A stretch of DNA of 64,000 nucleotides from a virus. The notes below the pieces were generated by a model. The model was not told where the DNA came from and did not search any database. It saw nothing but the letters and a program-made list of their open reading frames with translations. The stretch spans positions 1 to 64,000 of IMG/VR virus record IMGVR_UViG_3300043357_000064; one strand, given 5' to 3'. Numbering within the stretch: position 1 is the stretch's first letter; each line of letters starts with the position of its first letter. The position numbers and the translations under genes are program-made. Below are positions 1 to 8,029 of the stretch, piece by piece.

Positions 1-368
1 AGCAGCGTCTTGCGCGGGTAGCCCATCCCGGAGCGGTCAAGCGCACGGAGGCCGAAACGCCGCGCCTCCGACTTCTCATCAGTACCGGTCGACGCGCCCT
101 TAGCGCTGTAGTACGAGTCGCCGAGGTTGACGAAGATCGACCCGGACGGCTTGAGCACCCGCATCCACTCGCGTGTACAGCCGATCAAAGCGGCGATAAA
201 TTCGGCTGGCGTCTTCTCGGCGCCGATCTGGCCGATGAAGTGCTCCCGCCCGTCGTCGTCGGTGTAGGAGCGGAGGCCAAAGTATGGCGGCGAGGTGACG
301 ATCAGATCCACCGACGCATCGGGGAGCGTCAGTTCGCGAGCATCGCCGCGCATGATGATGGCGGTCAC
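1..368 (-). CDS. DNA methyltransferase (N4-C/N6-A, beta-class), 5' part only, runs off window
   Basis: Not in ORF track. Manual translation from GTG at 368: VTAIIMRGDARELTLPDASVDLIVTSPPYFGLRSY...LKPSGSIFVNLGDSYY. TSPPY catalytic motif. GTGA overlap with the stop of the upstream gene at 365. Confidence 0.8.
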   Translation of the reverse strand, partial: MTAIIMRGDARELTLPDASVDLIVTSPPYFGLRSYTDDDGREHFIGQIGAEKTPAEFIAALIGCTREWMRVLKPSGSIFVNLGDSYYSAKGASTGTDEKSEARRFGLRALDRSGMGYPRKTL

Positions 369-1207
369 AGCTCTCCCTCGTAGTAGTTGCGTCCCTTATC
401 GGTGTACGACTGGTAGCCCTCTGGATTGTTCCGCTCGATGGCGCATGCAACCCAACCGGTCGGCGGATAGGGGACGTGGCCGCCACGGGTGCCGTGGACG
501 CACGCGGGCATGTCGTGCAGCGAGCGCGCGAAGTCGGCACGGCTGACATTGGGAGCCGGGGCAGAAGCGGCAGCGAGAAGGTCGGCAAGCACTTCGCACA
601 GTTCCGCGTCCGCCATCTTGCGGAGGTAGGCGCCGATGCTGTCGGGGTGGTGCCGATCCTTGATCTCTTGAATCAACAAAGAAGCGTCATCCTCATCGAG
701 GTCTAGGCGCTTGCAGACGTAGTCCAAGGTTGCCGTGCGGCCCGATGATGAATCTTTTTGTGTTTTCTTTTTAAGATCTTCTTCTTTGGGTGTCGTGGGT
801 GACACCCCGTCCGACCCTGTGTGACACCCCGTCTCGCCTTCCATGTCACCCCGCGCAGTGACATCCATGTCACCCCGCGAGGTGTCATAGGTGTCACCCC
901 GCCGGAGGTGCAGGGGGAGGTCGTAGATCGCCGGACGACGGTCGGCCGGAAACAGCTTCTCGACGATCCGGACGTCACCGGGCAGCAGAAGACCGAGTTG
1001 CCGCAGTTCGGCGAGATCTCGTTTCACCTGTCGCTCCGATTTCCGTGTGGCCGATGCGATCGTCGGAACGCTCGGGTAGGCGTTGCAACCTTCGTTGTTG
1101 GCGTGCCGCGCCACGGCGACGAGAGTCGACACGAGGGCGGCCGGGACCTTCGGCGCGTGATCTAGGACCCACGCCACGGCGTTCATGCCGAACCACTGCG
1201 GGCTCAC
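365..1207 (-). CDS. Replication-initiator-like protein with N-terminal winged HTH
   Basis: 280-aa ORF. N-terminus VAWVLDHAP...YPSVPTIASATRKSERQVKRDLAELRQLGLL resembles phage/plasmid replication wHTH proteins. About 50% identical by eye to the 6790-7293 product. Contains iterons and an AT-rich patch. Confidence 0.6.
   Translation of the reverse strand: MSPQWFGMNAVAWVLDHAPKVPAALVSTLVAVARHANNEGCNAYPSVPTIASATRKSERQVKRDLAELRQLGLLLPGDVRIVEKLFPADRRPAIYDLPLHLRRGDTYDTSRGDMDVTARGDMEGETGCHTGSDGVSPTTPKEEDLKKKTQKDSSSGRTATLDYVCKRLDLDEDDASLLIQEIKDRHHPDSIGAYLRKMADAELCEVLADLLAAASAPAPNVSRADFARSLHDMPACVHGTRGGHVPYPPTGWVACAIERNNPEGYQSYTDKGRNYYEGEL
748..790. promoter_or_regulatory. AT-rich patch inside rep gene (possible DNA unwinding element)
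   Basis: atgaatctttttgtgttttctttttaagatcttcttctttgg in otherwise high-GC coding DNA, directly abutting the iterons. Confidence 0.45.
799..902. repeat. Five iteron-like direct repeats RTGWCACCCCG
   Basis: Copies start at 799, 821, 843, 867 and 891 (spacing 22, 22, 24, 24 bp), with degenerate copies at about 858 and 882. They encode the peptide repeats GDTYD/GDMDV/GDMEG. Confidence 0.6.
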
Positions 1208-1298
1208 ATCACTCCGTTCGCGGAGGTCCGGTCGTGCTTGCTGACCCCAAGATCGGGCCTGCGATTGATGGTTGTCAGTGCCTGTCTAGATCCATTGA

Positions 1299-1421
1299 CC
1301 TTGTGTATGTCACGTACACCGGGCTATGCTCCACGGTACCTAATACACGTCACGTATACAAGGTGAGATACTCGAAACTGATCAACGGATCGCCTATCCT
1401 CGCGGTGTGACATACACGAGG
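1299..1421. promoter_or_regulatory. Three copies of a 14-15 bp operator-like motif CCTYGTRTAYGTSA in a divergent intergenic region
   Basis: ccttgtgtatgtcac 1299-1313 (+), gtcacgtatacaagg 1349-1363 (inverted), gtgacatacacgagg 1407-1421 (inverted). Confidence 0.55.
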
Positions 1422-1434
1422 TTGGCCCAAACGC

Positions 1435-1722
1435 ATGGCTGAGGGTGAGCTGCCCGTGTTGAGCACTGTTGAGGTCGGCAAGATCCTGGGCCAGGAGCGT
1501 CAGGACGGCAAAACCGGACCGCTTCCGGCGGCAACCGTGCGCCAGTACCTTGCCGACTCGCGCTCTGGCCGGCGCTTCAAGGGTCACGGATTCCCGGAGC
1601 CGAAGGGCAAGGTCGGCCGTAGCCCTGTCTGGCTACCCTCCCAAGAGCAGGAAATCCGGGAGTGGGCACGGACTCGCCTCGGCTCCGGCGCTCGTACCGA
1701 TCTGACCCGCGACACGGACTAA
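1435..1722 (+). CDS. Small HTH DNA-binding protein (excisionase/MerR-like)
   Basis: 95 aa. LSTVEVGKILG...ATVRQYLADSR...PVWLPSQEQEIREW pattern. Flanked on both sides by the same operator motif. Confidence 0.5.
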   Translation: MAEGELPVLSTVEVGKILGQERQDGKTGPLPAATVRQYLADSRSGRRFKGHGFPEPKGKVGRSPVWLPSQEQEIREWARTRLGSGARTDLTRDTD

Positions 1723-1726
1723 GAAA

Positions 1727-1781
1727 CCTCGTATACGTCATTGACACTAGGTTCACGACTGGGTAACCTCGTATATGTCAG
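1727..1781 (+). promoter_or_regulatory. Two more operator copies bracketing a sigma70-like promoter (TTGACA-17-TAACCT)
   Basis: cctcgtatacgtcat 1727-1741 and cctcgtatatgtcag 1767-1781. TTGACA 1741-1746, 17-nt spacer, TAACCT 1764-1769. About 40 nt upstream of the ATG at 1809. Confidence 0.5.
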
Positions 1782-1808
1782 ATAGACGAGGACGCAGGGG
1801 AGCCGGAC

Positions 1809-2405
1809 ATGAAGGCAGTGCGGATCGGACGCAAGCGGGCCAGCAGTGGCCTCGCCGTCCACCTCGAAATCGACGGCCGCTCGTGCTCGACCCTCCGCCC
1901 GGTCACCGTCGAGATTGTCACCGAGACCGGCACTGTCCGCCGCTGCCGCTCCTGCTGGACCCCGGCCCGCACCGCTATCGCCCGGGTCCTCGTCGAGGCA
2001 GCCCGGACCGCGAACGCAAAGCGGACGGAATGCAACCACCGGATCGTCATGGACAAGATCGAGGTCGCCGCTCGCTTGGACGACCTGTTCGCCTGGTTCC
2101 TGACCGACGCCGAGAAGGCCCGCGACGCCGAACTGGTCGCCCGCTACCACGCTCCCGTCGAGGCCGTCGAGGTGTTCCCGGTGGCCTACTCCGGCGCGAT
2201 CTTCAACCCGAAGCCGGTAGCAGTCCCGGTGGTTGTCGAAGACGACTTGCTCTCCCTGATCGACGACGCACCCGCCAAGCCGGTCAAGCAACTGTCCCGG
2301 CTCGGTGCACTGGCTATCGCACTCGGCGGATCACCGCAGGGTGCCGCGAAAGCCAGGGTCGCTGCTCGACTCGCAGCACGTAACTACCAGCCGAAGGCGG
2401 CCTGA
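1809..2405 (+). CDS. Hypothetical protein
   Basis: 198-aa ORF with high GC3 and a GGGGAG RBS-like sequence upstream. Confidence 0.5.
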   Translation: MKAVRIGRKRASSGLAVHLEIDGRSCSTLRPVTVEIVTETGTVRRCRSCWTPARTAIARVLVEAARTANAKRTECNHRIVMDKIEVAARLDDLFAWFLTDAEKARDAELVARYHAPVEAVEVFPVAYSGAIFNPKPVAVPVVVEDDLLSLIDDAPAKPVKQLSRLGALAIALGGSPQGAAKARVAARLAARNYQPKAA

Positions 2406-2406
2406 C

Positions 2407-2610
2407 ATGCCCTGTGACCGTTGCGGTGGAACTGGCCGCTTCCCGTCCAGCCGTTTCGACGGTGTCTGCCTCAAGTGCGGTGGCTCACGGGAGATCGCGG
2501 ACCGCCGGGCTCGGAAGCCTCGCGTTGTCAGCGTGGTCTCGCCGGAGCCGATCGTAACGCAGGCCGAGATCGACGAGGCCAGCGCTTTCCTCATGTCCTG
2601 GATGGGCTGA
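2407..2610 (+). CDS. Small Zn-finger protein (CxxCxGxG ... CxxCxG)
   Basis: Internal ATG at 2407 of track ORF 2305-2610: MPCDRCGGTGRF...CLKCGGSREI. Starts right after the previous stop. Confidence 0.5.
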   Translation: MPCDRCGGTGRFPSSRFDGVCLKCGGSREIADRRARKPRVVSVVSPEPIVTQAEIDEASAFLMSWMG

Positions 2611-2611
2611 C

Positions 2612-3085
2612 GTGTCGTCTGCCCCAACCTTTCACCCGCAGCCTGAAGGGTCAGAAGCCATGAACACCACAACCGACATGCCGCTCGACACCATCGACGA
2701 CGCCCACGGCGACGCGATCGACATGGAGTGCGAGCGGGCGCACGACGCGTTCATGAACGTCGGCGTAGATGCCGATGACGCCACCTTCCTTGCCGCGCGA
2801 GCAGAGGCTGAGCGGGCGGACCGTCAGCAGCTGCGGGCGTTCCGGATGTGGGTAAACCAGGACTACGTCGGCAGGGACTACGACGAGGCGATCATCGAGG
2901 ACTCTGCCCGGCGGGTGGCCGATCTGCTCTCCGGTGAGGTTGAACCCGAGTACTTCGACGACGGCATGATCGAGTTGTTCATCTCCGGTGCCACCGAGCC
3001 GTGTCCACAGTGTGGCGAGCTGGTGTTGAAGGGCTGCGGACGACACCTCGCGACGAAGCACGCCGGGGCAGTCGCCGCCACATGA
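2612..3085 (+). CDS. Hypothetical acidic protein with C-terminal CPQCG motif
   Basis: 157-aa ORF. Alternative start at 2660 (MNTTTD). Confidence 0.5.
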   Translation: MSSAPTFHPQPEGSEAMNTTTDMPLDTIDDAHGDAIDMECERAHDAFMNVGVDADDATFLAARAEAERADRQQLRAFRMWVNQDYVGRDYDEAIIEDSARRVADLLSGEVEPEYFDDGMIELFISGATEPCPQCGELVLKGCGRHLATKHAGAVAAT

Positions 3086-3168
3086 TCTCCGTCCGGGAGC
3101 GGCCATATGGGGGTGGGGCAGCTTCCGGACGGGCTTTACCAGAACACCTATGAACCGAGGAGAACGAC

Positions 3169-3387
3169 ATGGCTACGCGAACGGTCTACCTGACCACCAC
3201 AGCCTCGCTGTCGGTGGAGGTTGAGGTCGACGACGACCTCGACGAATACGAAGCGGGCGAGGACGCGATCGAGAAGGCGTTGGAGAAGGCGCCCAAGGAG
3301 GTCTGCGCCTCGTGCAGCGGCTGGGGCAAGAAGTGGAGTTTCGACCTCGGCCCGTGGGACGTCCTGGAGGACGAGAAGCCGGTCTGA
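3169..3387 (+). CDS. Hypothetical small acidic protein
   Basis: 72-aa ORF with GAGGAG-like RBS (ccgaggagaacgac ATG). Confidence 0.5.
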   Translation: MATRTVYLTTTASLSVEVEVDDDLDEYEAGEDAIEKALEKAPKEVCASCSGWGKKWSFDLGPWDVLEDEKPV

Positions 3388-3469
3388 CTCGCGTTCCGTG
3401 CAGACCGGTTGCCTCGGTACCCGGTTTGACGCGGTAGCAAGTCGGAACCACACCAACGAAGGGAACGCC

Positions 3470-3763
3470 GTGTACCAGTACCACCGCACCGAACCGGGTC
3501 TGTGGACCGTCTACGACACCGACGTCGAGAACACGGTCAGCGACCACGGCAGCGAGGCTGAGGCCCGCGACGAGGCGATCCGGCTCAACGGCGGAACGCC
3601 TGCGAGCGACATCGACGACCACGACGAGCGAATCGAGGCTCTGGAGGAAGAGGTGAAGGCTCTTCGCCTGCGCCTGGACGTGGTCATCCAGGCGAACGAC
3701 AAGTTCGAGAAGTGGTTCGAGATCCTGTCGGCCCGCATCGACGAGATGCCGTCAGCGGTCTGA
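3470..3763 (+). CDS. Hypothetical protein with C-terminal coiled coil
   Basis: In-frame GTG at 3470 in track ORF 3221-3763. The upstream part of that ORF is an Arg-rich shadow. Confidence 0.45.
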   Translation: MYQYHRTEPGLWTVYDTDVENTVSDHGSEAEARDEAIRLNGGTPASDIDDHDERIEALEEEVKALRLRLDVVIQANDKFEKWFEILSARIDEMPSAV

Positions 3764-3838
3764 CCTGTTCGTCGGGCACCGGGCAGAGATGTCCGGCGCC
3801 GGACGTGTTGGCCAGAACCAAACCGAAGGAGACGTGGA

Positions 3839-4216
3839 ATGAGCGAGGAACAGATCGCAGTCGGGCACCTGGACTGGTGGAGCATCGGCTCACCGATCCG
3901 GTTCATAGCGGACGCCGACGACCCGACGCTTCCGGGCGGTCGCGAGGTCGGTGGCACGCTCGCCGGCGTCAGCTTCGACCGCGACGGCGCGCTCTTGAAG
4001 ATCTACCAGGACGGTCCGGGCGACGAGTCGGAGTGGCCGCTGGACGTGTCGACGTATGTGGTGATCGGCCAGCAGTCGATGCACGACGTTGACTACGGTC
4101 CGGCGCGAATCGATCTGCGGCGGACCGAGGTTCACCGCTGTGACCACGACTGCCCGCCAGTCGGTGTAGCCGGAGCGGTTCCGACCGGTGAGGTCTGCAC
4201 GGGGGTGACCTCGTGA
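3839..4216 (+). CDS. Hypothetical protein
   Basis: 125-aa ORF with GGAGA RBS. 4-nt overlap with the next gene. Confidence 0.5.
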   Translation: MSEEQIAVGHLDWWSIGSPIRFIADADDPTLPGGREVGGTLAGVSFDRDGALLKIYQDGPGDESEWPLDVSTYVVIGQQSMHDVDYGPARIDLRRTEVHRCDHDCPPVGVAGAVPTGEVCTGVTS

Positions 4217-4695
4217 AGCTGCGACGCTGCACCTTCTGCCGAGGTGCCCGCTACCTCGACTGCCACCTCTGCGACGGCACCGGGACCGACTGCCCGCTGT
4301 GTGTAGGCGGCAAGGCGCCGTGCGGCTGCGCGAAGGACGTCCAGGACGGCAACCACGCCTACGCCAAGTACGCGGTGTCGCGCCTCGGGGTCATCTGGTC
4401 CGGGGCGCACTGGCGGTGCAGGCGTATCCACGTCGCCGTCGACCGGGCTGCCGACGTCCTGGCGGGTTCAACTGACCGGCGGGCAACGCTGGGCATCATC
4501 GTCGGCACGCATGTCGCAGGACGGCACGTCTGGTATCCGCACGACGCCGCCGAACTGGTGGCAGCCGGTCTGATCGCCGACGACGGGCCGGTGACGCCAT
4601 GCCCGGTTCGACGCTGGTATCGGCTGGTCGGCAACCCACGTCTACTCCCGTACCCGGAAGGCCGGGTAGTCCCGGCAGAGAAGAGCACCCGATGA
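4213..4695 (+). CDS. Zn-finger protein (DnaJ-type Cys repeats)
   Basis: 160 aa. CTFCRGARYLDCHLCDGTGTDCPLCVGGKAPCGC. Confidence 0.5.
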   Translation: MKLRRCTFCRGARYLDCHLCDGTGTDCPLCVGGKAPCGCAKDVQDGNHAYAKYAVSRLGVIWSGAHWRCRRIHVAVDRAADVLAGSTDRRATLGIIVGTHVAGRHVWYPHDAAELVAAGLIADDGPVTPCPVRRWYRLVGNPRLLPYPEGRVVPAEKSTR

Positions 4696-4913
4696 GCGGC
4701 CAGGTAGAGGTCCGGCTGCACGGGGTCAGGGCCGGTCACATCGGCTCCGACCGGATCGTCATGCCGACCGCGATGGCCGACGACCTGGAGCGCTGGTTCA
4801 ACGACCCGTCACGGGCCGACAGTCCGGCATACGTCACCCCCGCAGACGGCGGCGCCGAACTGGTGCTGAACCGGTCCGACTACTACGAATTTTCGCGACG
4901 GGCAGCCCGATGA
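4692..4913 (+). CDS. Hypothetical protein
   Basis: Internal ATG at 4692 (ATGA overlap) of track ORF 4599-4913. Confidence 0.45.
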   Translation: MSGQVEVRLHGVRAGHIGSDRIVMPTAMADDLERWFNDPSRADSPAYVTPADGGAELVLNRSDYYEFSRRAAR

Positions 4914-4949
4914 CCGGCGCGTCCCAACATCACCTGAGGGAGAACTGAC

Positions 4950-5090
4950 ATGGGCAAGAAGGTCAACAACGGCACGATCATCTACTCGCCAGGCAGCCAT
5001 TTCGGCACCGGGAACGTCACCAACACGACGGTCGTTAACGGCAAGGTCACGAAGACCGAGACCAAGAAGAGCGGGAAGGACAAGAAGTGA
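4950..5090 (+). CDS. Unannotated 46-aa Lys/Asn/Thr/Gly-rich peptide
   Basis: Below the track size cutoff. RBS GAGGGAGA 8 nt before the [49 protein letters not shown]. Its TGA overlaps the GTG of the Nudix gene (GTGA). Confidence 0.4.
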   Translation: MGKKVNNGTIIYSPGSHFGTGNVTNTTVVNGKVTKTETKKSGKDKK

Positions 5091-5650
5091 CCGTCACCGA
5101 AGACACCGTGCACGACACCGCCAGCATGGTCGTGTTCGACGGCAACTGGAACGACCCGCACGTCCTGCTGATCTTCCACAAGGCCGAGCAGCGCTGGCAG
5201 TTCCCCGGCGGCCACGTCGATCCGGGCGAGACGCCGCTCGACGCCGCGATCCGGGAAGTCCGTGAGGAGACCGGGGTGATCGTCACCGCGTGGTCCGGGC
5301 ATTTCCGTGGCGTCGCCCTACCGGACGGCGCGGTCGAGGAAGCGGCACCGCTGCACCTCGTCACCTATGCCGCGCCGCCGAAGCCGGACCGGCCCGGGAA
5401 GCCGGCCGAACCCGCCCACCGCCACCGCGACTCGCTGTTCGCCGGGATCGCCGACGCCGGGCCGCTGAACGCCGAACTGGCCGAGGTGGAAGGGGCGCGC
5501 TGGGTGCGGCTCCTCGACCTCGACGCAGACGGCATCCGCGTCGAGGTTCCCGGGATTGCCAGGGCCGCGTACGCACAGGTGGTTGAAGGAGTCCTGCCAC
5601 GGCGGCCGTACGGCACCCCCGGTGTGATGGCGGCGGGGGTCGGGCGGTGA
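5087..5650 (+). CDS. Nudix hydrolase
   Basis: Nudix box [24 protein letters not shown] (GX5EX7REUXEEXGU). Confidence 0.85.
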   Translation: MTVTEDTVHDTASMVVFDGNWNDPHVLLIFHKAEQRWQFPGGHVDPGETPLDAAIREVREETGVIVTAWSGHFRGVALPDGAVEEAAPLHLVTYAAPPKPDRPGKPAEPAHRHRDSLFAGIADAGPLNAELAEVEGARWVRLLDLDADGIRVEVPGIARAAYAQVVEGVLPRRPYGTPGVMAAGVGR

Positions 5651-5970
5651 GCATCCTCGACCCCGACGAGCGTGAGCAGCAACTCGCCGCCGTCGTTGCC
5701 GGACGGATCCGGAAAGCAGCGGCGGACATGCGTGTCCTCTGCGCCCAGCTGGAGCGGCGCGCCGACCAGGTGTCAACGGTCGGTGGCGGGCGGAATTTCA
5801 GCTACACGATCCTCGTCGCCAGCATCCAGCACGACATCCGGGACGCATTTTTCACGGCCTGCCTCGACCAGCTCGTCCTGGCGGCGGGCGAGGCGGATCA
5901 GGTCCGTACGGCAAGGCTGGCCGTCGGCGTGGTGGCCGGCGACTACGCAGCGAAGGAGGCGTCGTCATGA
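5647..5970 (+). CDS. Hypothetical protein
   Basis: 107-aa ORF with 4-nt overlaps on both sides. Confidence 0.5.
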   Translation: MSILDPDEREQQLAAVVAGRIRKAAADMRVLCAQLERRADQVSTVGGGRNFSYTILVASIQHDIRDAFFTACLDQLVLAAGEADQVRTARLAVGVVAGDYAAKEASS

Positions 5971-6263
5971 CGATCACAGCGGAGCGTCCGGTAGCCTTCC
6001 CGGCTATGACCGACGAGCCCAACGTCCTCGATCGAGCACGCGTTGCTCAGTTGATCGGCGTTCGGCCGGACACGATCACGATCTACATGCAGCAGTCCCG
6101 GCCCGGCGGACGATACGAGAAGACGCCGTTCCCGGCGCCGGATCCCGACCTGTCGATCGGCGGCTCGAAGGTGTGGCGCGCGTCCCGCAGGGACGAGATC
6201 CTGGCCTGGGCGCACGCCCGTCCCCGGCATGGCATTGGTGGCCGACCGCGCTCTGAGGGCTAA
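5967..6263 (+). CDS. HTH DNA-binding protein (excisionase/MerR-like)
   Basis: 98 aa. LDRARVAQLIGVRPDTITIYMQQ...KVWRASRRDEILAW. Same architecture as the 1435-1722 product. Confidence 0.5.
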   Translation: MTITAERPVAFPAMTDEPNVLDRARVAQLIGVRPDTITIYMQQSRPGGRYEKTPFPAPDPDLSIGGSKVWRASRRDEILAWAHARPRHGIGGRPRSEG

Positions 6264-6417
6264 CCACCCGTTTGCATGACGATCACATGTCTATTCGCGT
6301 CTGCCAGATTTAAAGGTCGAGCTGTATACTCGGCTCACAAGGTCGGCCCCCGAAGGTGGTTGCACACCAAGCGAGGGCCTAAGCCAACCCACCTGCCGTA
6401 AACAGGGAGTAGACCTA

Positions 6418-6789
6418 ATGGTCAACGTTACCAAGCCAGGAGTCTCAGAGCCGACCGAGGTTGGCGCCATCCGTAGCGGCATCGACTGCTGTATCGACTG
6501 CGGCGCGATCGTCCGGAAGCTCCGCCAGGGCGTCTGCCCCGAATGCTTCGACCCACGTCTCCGGCGTCTCCGCTGGCTCATCCGCCGCGTGCTCGTCGCC
6601 GTCTGGTCGCACCGTCCGGTCGTCACCACCAACCGACGGTGGAAGGACGCGATCGGCATCGAGGCCGGGAAGGCGTACCGGCTCGGCCGAACCTCGCTCG
6701 AGGTGGCACCCGTCCCGGCCAGCCCGGAGGTTCGCCAGCACGCAGAGCGCGTCACCTCGACCGGCGCCCGGCTGGTAGCCGTCATCTAA
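6418..6789 (+). CDS. Zn-ribbon protein
   Basis: 123 aa. CCIDCGAIVRKLRQGVCPECF. Stop abuts the rep start. Confidence 0.5.
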   Translation: MVNVTKPGVSEPTEVGAIRSGIDCCIDCGAIVRKLRQGVCPECFDPRLRRLRWLIRRVLVAVWSHRPVVTTNRRWKDAIGIEAGKAYRLGRTSLEVAPVPASPEVRQHAERVTSTGARLVAVI

Positions 6790-7293
6790 ATGAGCGAAGA
6801 CCAGACGTGGGTCAGCGTCGCGGCGGTCGCGTGGGTGCTCGACAGGGCACCCGTCCCGACTGAGTTGGCGCTGACCCTCGTAGCCATCGCACGCCGCGCC
6901 GACGCCAACGGGCGCGGCGCCCGTCCGTCTGTCGCAACCGTGGCGAAGGCGACCGGCAAATCACCGGACCAGACGCAGCGCGACATCGGGAAGCTTCGCG
7001 CGCTCGGTCTGCTCGTGCTGGGCGATCAGAGCCTCGTGGCGCACCTGCCCGCCCGGAACCGTCCCGTGGTCTACGACATGCCGCTGACGCTCGTGGGCGA
7101 CAAGCCTGCACGCGCGTCGAGGAACCCAACCGGCAAGGAGGGCGGCACCCGGTACGGCATCCATGCAGTATCGGAATCGGCCGACCGATCCGGCATGGAT
7201 GCAGGGTCTAGCACCGGCATGGATGCGGTATCGCGATCCGGCATGGATGCCGTACAGAAGAAGACCTTGAAAAAGACTTCTGAAAAAGACTAA
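6790..7293 (+). CDS. Replication-initiator-like wHTH protein, N-terminal part (ends at an in-frame TAA)
   Basis: 167 aa. Paralog of the 365-1207 N-terminal half. Contains SGMDA peptide repeats encoded by iterons. Confidence 0.6.
   Translation: MSEDQTWVSVAAVAWVLDRAPVPTELALTLVAIARRADANGRGARPSVATVAKATGKSPDQTQRDIGKLRALGLLVLGDQSLVAHLPARNRPVVYDMPLTLVGDKPARASRNPTGKEGGTRYGIHAVSESADRSGMDAGSSTGMDAVSRSGMDAVQKKTLKKTSEKD
7156..7250. repeat. Iteron-like repeats CCGGCATGGATGC (3 direct, 1 inverted)
   Basis: Direct copies at 7190-7202, 7214-7226 and 7238-7250 (24-bp spacing). Inverted ggcatccatgc at 7156-7166. Confidence 0.6.
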
Positions 7294-7345
7294 ACTTCTC
7301 TCTCAAGCTTTGACCTTGACTCACTAGAAGAACCGCCCGAGGACT
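7255..7345. promoter_or_regulatory. AT-rich patch next to the iterons (possible unwinding element), spanning the TAA
   Basis: agaagaagaccttgaaaaagacttctgaaaaagactaaacttctctctcaagctttgaccttgactcactagaagaa. Confidence 0.4.
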
Positions 7346-7362
7346 ACGACGAGAGAGAGGAT

Positions 7363-7917
7363 TTGCCTTTTCAAGATTCACAACCGGAAGAACCGAACCC
7401 GTCCTCGGTGCAACGCTCGTACCTACGGAAGTGCGGCATCGAGGACGAGACCCAACTTGCCGCCCTACCGTCGATCATCGAGCAGATGAACGACGTCAAA
7501 AGCCCGCGCGGATGGTGGTCCCACGCCTACGCCAACGGAACCCTGCCCGCCTGTATCGCCGACGCCAAGCCGTTCGTGTCCATGGCCGATATCTTCGGTG
7601 CCGGACCTTCGACCTCCAGCAGGAGCGACGTCTACGACGTCCCGTGGTGCACGAGTTGCGACGGCCGCAACACCCGGCGCGTCTACGTCGGCACCGGCCA
7701 CGACCTACGCAGCAACCCGTGCCCGACGTGCAGCCCGTTCCGGCAGCGAGCCGAGCTGGCGTACGACGGCCGACGCGTCTCGACCGAGCGCGAGATGGAC
7801 GCCTGGAACGCCAAGCCGTCAGGTCACAAGCCGTACCGCAATGAGCCGAACGCCGACTACACCGGAGACCTCGGAGCGCCGACCGGGCCGGAGAAGGACT
7901 ACGGCGGCGACCTGTGA
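7363..7917 (+). CDS. Rep C-terminal-half homolog (same frame as 6790-7293)
   Basis: 184-aa ORF from TTG. SVQRSYLRKCGIEDETQL aligns with DSIGAYLRKMADAEL of the 365-1207 product. Cys-rich C-terminus. Confidence 0.5.
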   Translation: MPFQDSQPEEPNPSSVQRSYLRKCGIEDETQLAALPSIIEQMNDVKSPRGWWSHAYANGTLPACIADAKPFVSMADIFGAGPSTSSRSDVYDVPWCTSCDGRNTRRVYVGTGHDLRSNPCPTCSPFRQRAELAYDGRRVSTEREMDAWNAKPSGHKPYRNEPNADYTGDLGAPTGPEKDYGGDL

Positions 7918-8029
7918 CACGGAAACGGCCCACACCTCGAGGATGCGGGCCGTCCGTATGTACTCGCGCGAAACGCCGAACACAATTCGGTGGAGTGGCC
8001 AGACGCCTGACCGGAGCACGTCTGCCGGC

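Noticed and set aside
100-599. Track ORFs 100-588 (-), 295-546 (+) and 396-599 (-).
   Set aside because: They overlap the methyltransferase and Rep genes in the wrong frames and have Arg/Pro-rich composition. The methyltransferase frame (TSPPY motif) and the Rep frame explain the region.
6264-6417. The ORF-free 150-bp region upstream of 6418 as a possible small RNA or att site (imperfect hairpin GGTGGTTG...CAACCCACC, TATACT box).
   Set aside because: The stem has only 8 bp with a bulge and a 21-nt loop. The promoter-like hexamers have poor -35 partners or spacing. No repeat of this sequence was found elsewhere in the window. Evidence is too weak to call.
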